DNA of 64,000 bases from the human T2T-CHM13v2.0 reference genome, Homo sapiens: the NCBI RefSeq assembly GCF_009914755.1, contig NC_060930.1. One strand, written 5' to 3'. Both the position numbers and the translations under genes were made by a program. Shown piece by piece: positions 1 through 15,130 of the stretch. Each line of letters begins with the position of its first letter. The stretch's first letter is position 1. The notes below the pieces were generated by a model, which worked only from the letters and a program-made list of their open reading frames with translations, had not been told where the DNA came from and made no database searches.

Positions 1-1480
1 TATTTCGATAGTGGTTACCATAGAAACAAGTCATTAGATTTCATTTTTGGAGTTGTGCCTTTTGATAAAATATTAAATTTCTTAGAGTATTTGCATATAC
101 AGATAGCGCAACTGCTGATGTGCAATTGAATTATATGCTGTAAAAAATATTTACACTACTTCTACTTTTAGATTACTAATATCTACAAAGAAAAAAACTC
201 ACTCCTAATAAGAATGAATTTAAAAACTCTTCCTCTACCTTGCCATTGTTTCCTACTGGGAAAAAGCTAAAGTGAGGGTGGTGAAGGCATAAAACAGGCT
301 GGGACACAAGACAGGGATCTAAGGAAACCAGCTTGGTCTTGCTTGAGAGAAACTCCTGATGGCTTTCCAACCACAGCTGCTAATATTCTGCAGGCCACCT
401 AACTGAACAGCAACTCTGGTAATTTGTTTTTAATCAGACTGATTCTTCAATCTCATTTTCCTGTGACAAGATGGCTGTTTCTCACGGTGTAAGAAATGAT
501 GATGTGCTTCCTTCTTGGGGGAGTGAGTTGTGATACTGCCTTGTGTGGAGCTCATCTAGTGTCTCCTTTCATTTATATTTCATAACCTCCCTGCTGTGAG
601 CCCAAGAACCTGAAGAGCACACCTCACTTCCTATTTTGAAAATTAAGAAAAAGTATACATTTTAACACAGAGTCAAAATTGCAAAGTTAAACGACCACTA
701 ACTCAAATACTGATTTTAAGGCAGGAGCAGCAGCAGGTTAGCTGCTGCACTGAATTTTACTGACTGAAAGCCACTAGGGTGTTTGCCAATCAATGCTAAA
801 ATGATACTTGAATTAAAATCAATACACAACCCCATATGTATGTGGTGTGCCAGGAACAGCCTAAGAGTTGCTCGACCTAGGATCTAAGATGTCCACGAGC
901 CACAAACCTGGTAATCTTTGAAATTAGGGTTGGCGGATTTAGTTTTCTGTCAGCTGGGAATGTCCTGGCATTAAACCAAGGACCTCAATCCCCTTAAAAC
1001 AATGAATTCAGCAACAATCTTGACTTCCCAGACATAAGAAGTAAATCACATTAACAGCTGAGAAGAGGCTATGAACTTTCTGTTTGAAGGTCAACTAGAA
1101 AACAAGCGAAAGATCAGCTGAAAATGTCATGGGTGAACCTGAGCCAGGTGCTGGCTCTAAAATTACAGCAAGGTCCCCATGAAACATTAAAAGAACATAG
1201 CCACCCTGTAAGGTGTTATAGGAGGATTCTCTTTTCACTTTAAAAATTATTTATGTATGCATGTACATGCTTTAATAATCTCTGGCAATATGCACATATT
1301 TATGTATATAGCCATACATGACTAAGATATAAATCTCGTCTATATGACTAAGAGATGGACCTTATCTTTATATGACTAAGAGATTATGTTATCTCTGAAG
1401 GGATCAAAGGTCACGTTTGTTTTTCTGTTTTCCCCAAGCTCAGCACTGACATGCATGATCTCCATAGTAAGGGGGGGGGA

Positions 1481-1482
<2 letters not shown>

Positions 1483-1526
<44 letters not shown>
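1483..1526 (+). repeat. (AC)22 microsatellite preceded by a G9 run
   Basis: Directly visible. Confidence 0.97.
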
Positions 1527-1530
<4 letters not shown>

Positions 1531-2599
1531 ACTATTCACATACAGAAATATATATTTGCTATTAAAAAAATTAAAACCACATACAAGAATTAGCCAAACA
1601 GTAGGAAAAACGAACACATGAATCAACCCCAGAACCACCACTATTTTAGACTTGCCAAGTAAAATAAAGATCTAAAAATTCATCTTATAGAAAAAGAAAT
1701 CTGAGAACTACTTCTATATTGTTACAGAAAATACAAAAACAGATATATTTTATTATTTGAATTAAGCATTAAAAAAATTCATCTTACAAGTAACAGGTAT
1801 ATCCTAATCTTTAAAAGTTCTATTTGTACTAGTCATCTACTAGGTCAAAAAAAGTTTAATACAAAACATTTGGAAGTAAATGAAAAAATACTGCATTTTT
1901 CCAATACTATCTTTTTTAATGAAATATCAAAAAGTTTAACACATGTTAATCCTTTTGAAAACCTATTTTGCCTCCTAAGAAATGCAAAATAACTTATAAA
2001 GTAATTCTAACATCAGTGAAGAATGCTACTATGTTTCAAGTAAACTGTCTCAAAAATTTTAACTTAAATATGAATTTTAATATAATTTATGTGAAAATGA
2101 AAAATACTTGAAAATACTTTGCTTTGGTCTAGGATTAAATTCATGATGTATTTCATTAAATATCCTGCTATTGTCTGCTTTACGATATTAAGAAAACAAG
2201 CATAACGAAAAATAATGGTTATCTCCTCAGCCCCACTATAATGGGAATTCTTCCTCATAAGAACTACAAAGCAAATAAGAGGAGATGTACTTCAAAATCT
2301 TAAATATTCATCACAAAATAAGAAGGCAAATGGACTTTAAAAATGATGACCCACGTAAAATCAACATTTAATCCTCAACATGTAGACTGTCTGCTTTGTG
2401 GCTTTCTTAGAGTGAACCTTAGCTTTACCCTCCTAGGGACCAAATTCCTATCTCTTGCATTACAAACATCTGCAGGCCACAAGACAGCAACCAAAGGTTA
2501 ATACTGCCTCCAGCCAAACATTATTAAGAAGCTAAATCTGCTAACTTCCATTAAATATAATACTAAATATAATATTATTTCCAAAGCCAATAGATATTA

Positions 2600-2915
<316 letters not shown>

Positions 2916-3119
2916 TTAATAGATTGAAAATGATGAGATGATACTTCTCAATGGCAGACACTAGCCTGTAGGGTGGTGGTATTCACCACAGCTAAAATCA
3001 ACCGCTCACTTAAATAGCACCTGGACTGGGACCAAATCCTCCAAATGGCTCCCCCTCCCACCTACTCAACAGGGGGCAGGCTGGGACAGAGAGTCACGTG
3101 TGTTCACATTAGCCTGATA

Positions 3120-3250
3120 GAGGATCAGAATGGAGTCAGACTGCAAGGGTAGGAATTTCCTCTCTTCCAGTGCTCTCATTTCCTCATCTACAAAATGGGA
3201 ATTGCTGTAAGGATTAAAAAATACATAGAAATAAAACATTTAGCACAATG
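3120..3250 (+). mobile_element. MIR fragment
   Basis: MIR core ctcatttcctcatctacaaaatggg...gtaaggattaaa. Confidence 0.65.
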
Positions 3251-3629
3251 GCCACAAGCCCACATTTTCACCCTGTCTGTTGTCAAAAGCAAGGTAGGAG
3301 ACAACTAATGCTAGGGTAGGTGGAAAAGAGGGACAGGGTGTGGCTAGGGAGAGGGACACCTGCCAGTCACATGGTGGGCATCTCTGCTCACAATCTGAAA
3401 TGTATGCCACAGGAAGTTGCCAAACTGCTTATTTTTTTAACTGCCCGTTACTAAAGGTTGATGAGATAACACATAAGATAAATGAAAAAAAAAATTAAAA
3501 AACAACTAGAGAAATAAGGTGGGGAATATTATATGAAAGACATTATACAAGGCTTTTGTTTTGTTTTGTCTTGGAGTATTGTTTTTTTATTTCTAAGCTA
3601 CAATCTATCCTGATTTTCTTTTTTTTTTT

Positions 3630-4365
3630 TTATTAGTAGACTATTTTTTAGAGCAGTTTTAGGTTTATAGAAAAACTAAGCCAAAAGTTCCCTCTTCCCC
3701 GTTTCCCCTGTTATTAACCATCTTGCACAAGTATGGTACATCTGTTATAATTAATGAGCCAATGATGATATAGGATTAACTAGTCATAACAGTCAATATA
3801 GTTTACATAAGAGTTCACTCTTTATGTTACACAGTTGTATGGGTTTTGACACACCTATCTATCCACCATTACAATATCATACAGAATAGTGTCACAGCCC
3901 TTAAAATCCACTGTGCTCCACCTGTTCATCCTGTCCCCTCTTCCCTGAACTAGCAACCACTGATCTTTTTACTGTCTCTATGGTTTTGACTTTTGCCTTT
4001 TCTATAGTTTAAATCGTACAGTATGTAGCCTTTCCAGACTGGCTTCTTTCACTTAGCAATATGCATTTAAGGTTCCTTTGTGTCTTTCTGTGGCTTCATT
4101 GCTCATTTCTTTTTAGTGCTGAATAATATTCCATTATCTGGATGTACCACAGTTTATCAATTCATCTAATGAAGGATCCCTTAGTTGCTTCCAGTTTTTG
4201 ACAGTTATAAATAAAGCTGCTATCAAGATTCGCATGCAGGTTGTTCTGCAGACATAAATTTTCAACTCATTTGGGTAAACATCTAGATGCGTAGTTGCTG
4301 AATTGTACGTTAAGCCTATCTTGAGCTTTATAAGAAGCTGCCAAACTTTCAAAGCAGTTGTACCA
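3630..4365 (-). mobile_element. Old L1 (L1MB/L1MC-like) 3' fragment
   Basis: T-run followed by L1M 3' UTR (agagcagttttaggttt..., gactggcttctttcacttagc) running into the ORF2 end. Confidence 0.8.
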
Positions 4366-4508
4366 ATCTATCATTTTCAATATCTAAAAATCCATCTACC
4401 AAAGTGTAACTTAATATCTACACAATGTGACCAGTGCATTATTTATGATCTACCTAAGTGAAGGACAGTTAACTTTCAGGTTCTAACTAAACTTGAAAGA
4501 TAATGTGA

Positions 4509-4913
<405 letters not shown>

Positions 4914-5593
4914 TAATAACTAGTCGCAAGGATCGTCTTTAAAAATCCTTTACAGTCATTAAAGGTTATGCAATTCTTAAGAAGGTGACTATGATCTTTG
5001 TGATGCCAATAACTCCATTTTACTTTTAAGCAAATTTGTTTTAGTATCATTTTCAATGAAACCTCAACAAACTGTAGTTCAGACTTTGGAGAAAATGCTT
5101 AATAATCATGACAGTGAAGACCACTTGGGACTGTTAGGCTGGTTTTTGTTGCTGTTGCTGTTTTTGTTATTGTTTTGCCTTTAGATCACAAAAGTTTTGT
5201 CCTGGTGGCAGAAGGAAACATCAGTTTTCCATTGGAACATTCTCTGACTAGCATTATGGTCTTTACATAACGTTCATTCCTTATTTCCACACCCTCCCTA
5301 ATATTACAGAGTAATTACTGAATCTCTTTTTCCTATGAATTTTAAAGTTTGACACCACTGGCCAAAAATTCTATGAATTTGGCAAAAATGATGATGGATC
5401 CAAAAAAGCTAGCATCCTTTTCTCAGCATTTAAATAGTTTTTTTCCTCATGAACAGGTCTACTACCTGAACAGTTCCCCATCTCACCCCACCATCCCTGT
5501 GGGAAGAAAACCATTAGAAGGCATCTACCTTTATGTAGTAAAATTTCATTGATTGGAATAGCTCAATTGAGGAGCAATAAACCTCAGTCATAG

Positions 5594-5904
<311 letters not shown>

Positions 5905-5954
5905 ATTTATAGGACATTTAAAAAGAAATACTGTCTTCCCAATTTCATGTAATA

Positions 5955-6115
5955 CAGTAATAGCTAACATTTACTAAATACTTACTATGTACCAGATGGT
6001 ATTCAAGGGCTTCGCATACATGTTTTCAATTAGCCATCAAAATAACCCCTTGAGGTAATTACTATTACTGCTTCCATTTTACAGATTCAAACACTGAAGC
6101 TCAGTGAAGTCAAGC
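5955..6115 (-). mobile_element. MIR
   Basis: atagctaacatttactaaatacttactatgt...ccattttacagat...actgaagctcag. Confidence 0.75.
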
Positions 6116-6575
6116 AGAAACTCTGCTGTGATCTCTCCAGAATCTGGTCTAGAATCCTTGGATAATGGCTGGGCCCAACATTCTCATGGACAGACACTGC
6201 TGCCTACTTGGATGGATTAGTATCAGCTGCTTCTGGGGTCTCCATTTGGGTATATTGCTCACCTGACAGCAACCACCCCCTCCCCCCTTCACACGCGCAC
6301 ACATGCGCACACACGCACACAAATACTCGTGTACATGTGCTCTGTGCTGTGCCTCACACTTGCTGCCTGTGCTATGGGGACCACTGGCTGGTATCATATC
6401 TGACACATCCCATGTTTACCTACTGCACTTGACTCCTCCCTAAAAGCTGCTTCTATTGCCCCCTCTGAGCCATCATCACCCTCATGGGCCTTTCTAGCTC
6501 CAAGTGATCTTCCTTAAGCTGCTGAAATTAACCAAACAAGAACCGTGAAGGATTAACAATACCTAATATAAATTA

Positions 6576-6893
<318 letters not shown>

Positions 6894-6991
6894 AGGCTTT
6901 AGTACTTTTTAAGTAAACTGATGAAAATTATTTAAGCATTGCAAACTCTTCCTTAAAATACAATTCATTTTTAAAAGTAAGTGGACATTTC

Positions 6992-7276
6992 AACCAGGCT
7001 CAGTGGCTCACACTTGTAATCACAGTACTTTTGGAGGCCAAGGCAGGAGGATCACTTGAGGCCAGGAGTTCAAGACCAGTCAGGGCAACATAGAGAGACT
7101 CTGTTTCTAACAAGAAAATTTAAAAAAATTATCCAGGTGTTGTGGTGCGTGCCTGTAGTCCCAGCTACTCCAGAGGCTGAGGTAGCCAGTGAACTGTGAC
7201 GGTGGCACTGCACTCCGGCCTGGTTGACAGAACGAGATCCCATCTCTGAAGAATTTTTTAAATTTAAAAACAAAAG
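6992..7276 (+). mobile_element. Alu (AluJ-like) with an internal deletion in the right arm
   Basis: Diverged dimer; degenerate TSD agtaagtggacatttc / agtaagcagacatttc. Confidence 0.88.
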
Positions 7277-7427
7277 AGTAAGCAGACATTTCTAAACTGG
7301 CTAAAAGCAATTTCTTAAGTAGGTAAACATAGCCTTTATATGTTCATTTACATCATTCAGTAGTTTAGTTAGCTCTGTTCCTGCTAAGATGAACTTCAAG
7401 AACTAGCTATGAGGTGATCAGAAATAA

Positions 7428-7480
7428 TCTGAATTTGAAACAAGAGAAGTCTGAATTTGAAACAAGAGAAGTCTGAATTT
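7428..7480 (+). repeat. 22-bp tandem repeat, ~2.4 copies
   Basis: Unit tctgaatttgaaacaagagaag. Confidence 0.9.
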
Positions 7481-8912
7481 AAAGATTTTTCATATTTGGA
7501 TTAAAATATTTGTAACAGGGTGGAAACAGAAAAAATTGGACAAAAATCTATGAAAACTTGCTCTCCAGGAATTTTCTCCAAAGGTCTCCTGGCCCAGACC
7601 CTCATTCCATGACAGGAGGCTGGCAGTGCCAGAGGAATGCAGCACAAAGGGGTGGAAAGGATGTCAGCAAGAGAAGCTATCAAGGGAGGAGGAGTGGGAC
7701 GTGGCAGAAGTTAAGTTGGACTGATAACGTGGCAAGCTGGGTCTGAGTGACTACTGCTGGAACACAATGAACAGTGGGTCCTTCACTCAACCCAGATTGG
7801 TGAGAGCCAGGAGCCACTAAGTCAAAATTAACCTAAATGCACATAAACTCTAGGATTCCAATTTTATTCTGTTTTTCTGTGCCTCTACTACACTCCCTTG
7901 ACCTTTAAATAATCTTCACAAAACAGTTATAAAGCAGAGTTGATTACTGTACTTTTATGAGTATAATGTGTAAAATGGAGACATCAACTTCTGAAAGTTA
8001 TAAAACATCAATTTTAAATACAATTTTTCCACTTTTATTCTTACTGTTGTCTACTGAAAACAATATTCTCCAACTAATCAGAAAACCTCAGGCTCATCCT
8101 TCAATTTCTGCTCAAAACTCTTTAAGATAGGTTTCAACAGATTTCCATACAAAAGAAAAATGCGTTACATTCCTCCCTATTGATGTCTAATGTAGTACAG
8201 TGTATTAAGATACATACATTCACCCGAAACAAAATAACATGTTCTCTTAGTACAAACTGGCAAAAAAAAATCATTTACCTTGTTTATTGTTTGTAGAATT
8301 ACCCCCAATTCAAGAAAAATGAGTACATATAAAAATTAGGATTTATAAAATATGAATTAGATAATATAAATGGATTTATTTTAAGGTGATTTGAAGCAAA
8401 AGGTCACCAAGTATATTACAATACAATCTGATTTACAAAATCATATTTCAAAACAAATTTTCTAGGAACACAGATACTCCATAAAGCAGGGTACCTTGGC
8501 TAAAACACCAATGTCTCACTTACATAGAATTTGATAAGGAAAATGAAACTTTACACTAAAATTGTTAGGTAGAGCATGTGGAAGTATTCAAAAGAAACCT
8601 GACGTTAAAGTCCTATGAAAATTTTCTTAAAATATGCATGAAAAACATACTTGTAAATTTACGATACTTGTTACGAATCAAGTTTTTGATATTACAAATG
8701 TGAAAAAAAAACCTTCAAATGTCAGGTTACCGTTTTTACTGTTTAATGAAAAAGACAAAGCTAAAGACCACATATAAATTATTGACCTGCATACTAACTA
8801 CCACTATAACGAGAACATGACTGCAGTTTACAAGGATGAAGCTCTTTATATTCTCATTTGGAGAGGACTGTTGTAGTACATTTGACATGTAATATATTTA
8901 AACAAGTATCAA

Positions 8913-9211
8913 TTTCTTTCTTCTTCTTCTTTTTTTTTTTTTTGTAGAGATGGTGTCTTACCCAGGCTGGAGTGCAGTGGTCATCATAGCTCATTGCAAT
9001 CTCTAACTCCTGGGCTCAAGTGATCCTCCTGTTTCAACCTCCTTAGTAGCTGGGACTACAGGCATGCACCACCATGTACAGTTATTTTTTTTTTTGAGAT
9101 GGGGTCTTGCTATGTTGCCCAGGCTGGTCTTGAACTCCTGGCCTCAAGCAATCCTCCCACCTCAATCTCCCAAAGTGCTGGAATTGCAGGTGTGAGCCAC
9201 TGTACCAAGTC
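8913..9211 (-). mobile_element. Alu (AluJ-like)
   Basis: Diverged dimer; TSD acaagtatca. Confidence 0.92.
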
Positions 9212-9399
9212 ACAAGTATCATTTTCCTAAGGGCTACCAAACAGCAATATTAGTACCATTACTGCCTTATTTAAGGTAATTAAAATCAACTTTTTCTAAA
9301 CTTAGAGGAATTCTTCACTCCCCTAAAGTATAGCCTCTACCTACTTTTTTAGTCTAATTTCTTCTTATTCACCATCATCCACCCTATGCTTCAGTTAAA

Positions 9400-9900
9400 A
9401 AGGGTTAATAGCTATCCCTGGAATGTTTTCCCATCTCCATGCCTTTACCCAAGTGGTTCCCATGCCTAGAATTTCCTCCCTCATAGCTTCAGCTGTCAAA
9501 GTTGAACCCATTCTTCAAGTAGCACTTCGGTCTCTGCTTTATCCAGGATGCTCTCTGATGTCCCTAATCAGACAGCATTTCTTAATCTTCATCCCTACAG
9601 CATTCTGTATCTTTCTTGGAGATTAATTTTACTCTCTTATATGTTATACTCATCACATTCAAGTGTCTTCTAGCTTAGAGTATATCATAGGTGCTCAACA
9701 AATGTTTGTTACATGAATGAATACATATGCTCCTTGAGAGAAAGGCACTAATTTTATTCCTCATTGTGTCTCTTTGCTATCTCCCCAAGGTGAGACCTCT
9801 GCAAAGCCAGGCAACAACCCGTCCACATGTACTCAGCACCTAGAACAGCACATCATAGTGCACTGTCAACAATCTACAGATGTTTGTGAAATCAACCAAT
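9400..9900 (+). mobile_element. L2 fragments
   Basis: L2 3'-end motifs such as ataggtgctcaacaaatgtttgttacatgaatgaa. Confidence 0.6.
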
Positions 9901-10009
9901 TAACTAATCTGCTGTCGTTTTTTCAGTACTTAACACTCCTGACAGAATTGCACATTCTTAGAATTGGATATTTATATTTTTCATTTAATAAAAAATATTT
10001 TTAAATTAT

Positions 10010-10520
10010 TATTCAATAACTCTTCCTTGAGTGTGTCCTGCTTGCTAGGAAGTGGATATTACATACAGCAGACAAAATAGCCGTGATCCCTAATGGGCTC
10101 ATAGACTAATGGGAGAGAAAACTATTAAAGAAACAAATGTATGGCCAAATATGAAATTAAAATTCTAATAAGGGCTGGGAAAGAAAGGAGAAAGGAAAGT
10201 ATGGACAACTGGGTGGTGCTCATTAAGGGTGGAGATCAGGGAAGGCTTCTCAGAGGATGTGATGTTAAAATGCAAGTGAAGGATGAACGAGAGTTAGAAA
10301 AATGAAAAGTGGGAGGTGGGGTGGGCATTTCAGGGAGAAAAGCAGCCTCAGGAAGAGCCTGGTGCACCTGGTCACAGTGGTGGTATGGGGTCAATGAAGG
10401 GAAAATGGCTGCATGAGGCCAGAGAGCCTGGCTGGGGCCAGGTCAGCAGACTCCCACCAACTCCGAGGAGGAGGCTGGATTCTTAGTGCAACAGGAAGCC
10501 ATGGCAGGGCAGATGAAGAA
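10010..10520 (-). mobile_element. L2 fragment
   Basis: attcaataac...tcagggaaggcttctcagaggatgtgatg, typical of antisense L2. Confidence 0.7.
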
Positions 10521-11140
10521 TAAATGAACTGGCTGCTTCACTACTACCCTGTCCCAAGGGCCCAGACCATGAAACGGTCTTTTATTTGGTTTCAAATCCA
10601 AATAAAAACCTATGTAGGTATAGAATCAAAAGAAGGAGTTAAAAATTTGGGAAGGTTTTATACATTTTCCTGTTAACAGAAAATTTAAATATAAAAATAT
10701 TTTATTATCTCAGAGAGGCAACAGAGATTTATGCTCTTTGATTCAGAGATAAACTTTGTCTTGTAGAATGGGAAAAAATGACTAGGTAAGATGATTTTCC
10801 TTTATCACTTTTCAGAAGACAAGTCATAATGGAAATGACTCAAGATACCACAATTTGGAAGATGAGTGACTGTCTTTGCCATGGGAGCAGAGTGAGGGTT
10901 TGCTAAACATCAGCTGAAAGGAGAGATGTGCTCTTGCTCTTAGTTACAGACAGGCACTGTATGTGATGTGGCCCCATAAAAATCCTGGCAGATGATGTAG
11001 CTTCCTGTCATCTTCCTCCCATAACTGCAAAGTCCAGGAGACAGAGTCCCCTTTCCTTGGTAGAAGGAAGTAAACTTTGGCATAAGACACATTTTGTGCC
11101 AACTACCTAACAGCAATGTTTAAATAAAAATAAAATGCTA

Positions 11141-11473
<333 letters not shown>

Positions 11474-12174
11474 CCTAAGATTGAACAACAAAAAGCAACA
11501 CTAAGCATTTTATCCAGAAGCAAGAAAACCCTACCAAGAATTTGTATTTGTTCATCAGAATAGATAACCCAAATGAATACTCCACAGAACAAGACTGCCG
11601 TTTATTTAATAGGTGGTAGGTTTTTAAATGGGAGATAGGTTATTTCTTCCTTTCTCCCCACCCACAGAGTTTTGGCCACTTCCAGACCATGTTCAGCTGA
11701 CATTCTTTTCAAAGACTCAAAAAAAGGTAATGCACTCTCAGTGGAAAGGTAGTGTTCCACCAGTTTTGGTAAATACTGATCTAGGCCTGAACTTTTGATT
11801 TCTGAATGAAAGAACAAGATGATTCATATATGCCTTAAGGAAAAAGTAAGTCTGGTGACCAGATCTGAATGAAAGCAAAAAGGCTTGAATTTAAAAAGCG
11901 AATCCTGTTTAAATTTTGGGCAAATCATCTAACATATCCTCTTTCCTTTTGCAATCTACACTAAGAATACTATTTTTTTTTCCAGTTTAAGAAAAGTTGA
12001 CCTACCAAAGCCAGAACTGCTAAATAATTACAAAACAGTTGTTTTAGAAATCACTTCACCCTCCGAAAGGAGTCAACTTTCCATGTATACTTAAAATCAC
12101 TCATAAAAATGGATTTACCATTTAAGAAATAATTTTCAAACACACATGTAGTTTGTCAAATGAAGCCTCACTGT

Positions 12175-12310
12175 TCATTCATTCATTCATTCATTCATTC
12201 GACAGATATTGATTGAGCCCTGTTATGGGCCAGATGCTGATTGTGGCACTTGTGATACAGCAGTGAACAGAAGAGTCTAAACTCCCTGCCCCGATGGTGC
12301 TTGCATTCCT
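12175..12310 (-). mobile_element. L2 3' end with (CATT)n tail
   Basis: ttcattcattcattcattc...tattgattgagcc...cagcagtgaacagaag. Confidence 0.75.
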
Positions 12311-12524
12311 GTGTTACGTCCACACAGCTGTGTAACTGACTCTGAAGAAAAATGAGCTTTTAAAACATAATAAACATTTCAGTTTTGCCAGATGAAAAAT
12401 TCTAAAGATTTGTTACACTACAATGTAAATATAGCTAATATTACTGAGTTATATACTCAAAAATGGTTAAGAGAATAAATGTGTTCATTTAACCAAAAAT
12501 TTTTTTAAATGAAAAAAATAAGCA

Positions 12525-12740
12525 TAACAAACATTTACTGAGTACTTACCATGTTAGGCAGAGCATCATCTCATTTAATCACAACAACCTTAGCAGGAAG
12601 GCACTATTATTATTCTGTTTTACAGATGGGTACACTGAGGCACAAAGAGGTTAAACAATTTATCCAGGATCACATATCCAAGGGATAGAGCTGAGATATA
12701 GGCCCAAGTAATCTGATACCAGCAACTTGTCTCCTAACTC
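12525..12740 (-). mobile_element. MIR
   Basis: aacatttactgagtacttacc...tttacagatgggtacactgaggcacaaagaggttaa. Confidence 0.8.
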
Positions 12741-13012
12741 CATACAAAAAGTTTCAAAGATAATACTATTTTCAGTTGGAACTACAGTTAATAATACAAA
12801 AATAGTAATAATAATATAGTACAAGGAATAATAATCAACTTTTTTTTTTTTAATCCTGATGATTTGTAACCCAACTTACTGTCCTTTTGATGGCCATTTT
12901 TTCCTAAAAACCTCAGTGTTGAACAAACTGCTTTCAACCACTTCTCTGTAAGCCATAATATTCTTTTCCTTCAAATGGAAATAAAGAAAAATCACACAGG
13001 ATGGTTTCTTTT

Positions 13013-13052
13013 AGACAAGATCAGGCACGTTCAGGGTGGTGTGGCCATAGAC
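13013..13052 (-). pseudogene. 5S rRNA retropseudogene fragment (first ~40 nt, no poly-A tail)
   Basis: Minus strand GTCTATGGCCACACCACCCTGAACGTGCCTGATCTTGTCT matches the 5S rRNA 5' end at 35/40 positions. Flanked by the direct repeat ggatggtttctttt (12999-13012 and 13055-13068). Confidence 0.9.
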
Positions 13053-14199
13053 GCGGATGGTTTCTTTTAAAACAGACATTACTGAAACTGTAAATATTTT
13101 TAGCCTTTTGTACTTTTCATCCAGCAGCTTAACTGAGAATGATATAGAAACATTTAAAAATAGCCATAAAAAATGCTTTCAGAATTTTTTCCCTTAAAAA
13201 ACGTATGTGTCACCAGGGTATTTTGCCCTCTCTCTTTCTAACTTAGAGGGTAACACCTGGAGTAAGTCATGGGTGACTAATGAAGATGCAACTTTCCCCT
13301 CAGCATGATATACTTCACAGGATGGAAGTAAAAGCTTCTAATAGGAGCATTTATTACAATTGTTAGGATTGTAATGGAAAGTTAATTTTGTTTTATAGTT
13401 TGTAGAAATGATTCAGGATGATATGAGAACACTTTCTATAAACCTGCACTGATAAAAGGAAGATGATAGTGATGACACATGATATACTTTCTGAGTTGTT
13501 TTTCCAGGGGTGGGAAAGTTCAATCCACAGATTTCAAGACAGAAAGAAGAAAGGAAAGGAGAAGGAAGGAAGAAAGAAAACAAAATTTTTTTTAGAATTG
13601 ACTATGCTCAAATACACTGTGCTTTTTAGCATCAAACTTTCAACCATGGTCTGAGCAGCACTATGTTGTAACAAAACTGGAGTAGCCAGCCTGAGCAAAC
13701 ATGAACATCACAATATTTTAAAGTTCAAATAACATAAGGCACCAGTTTTAAGACTGCCCGGGTATCCTTTTTAGCAATACAAAGATTCACACAACTTGGT
13801 GACAGACAGCTTTTCCCTCCAGCCAAATCTGATGAAGACTTGATAATATCACCTGCCATAATCAAAATTCCTGGGCACATGGGAAGGTCTCTGACTCAAA
13901 TCAAAGAGAGCTTTGGGCCCCAAAGCTATGGGCCCCACAGCTATGGGCTACCAAAGAAAGGTTATAACCAGGCTCCAGTGTAAACCATTTTGTTTCTTTT
14001 AACAGTTTTAGATCTTCTAAAGTATATGAGATGATATTAATAAAATTTAAATTTCCTGCTAAATTTTTTTAGTCTCTTTCCTTAAAAGTAAAACTTACAA
14101 TGATCAGAAAGCATGCTTTCTTCTGGCTTTATCATTCAACTTCCCAGGCAAAGATGATCAACAGCAACACTCTTATCTAAAGCAAAAGTAATGGATATG

Positions 14200-15130
<931 letters not shown>

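Noticed and set aside
727-748. 8-bp hairpin gcagcagc-aggtta-gctgctgc
   Set aside because: Short and built from CAG/CTG triplets; expected by chance.
11602-11817. Protein-looking minus-strand ORF (LDQYLPKLVEHYLSTESALPFF...)
   Set aside because: No convincing acceptor/donor pair and no recognisable homology.
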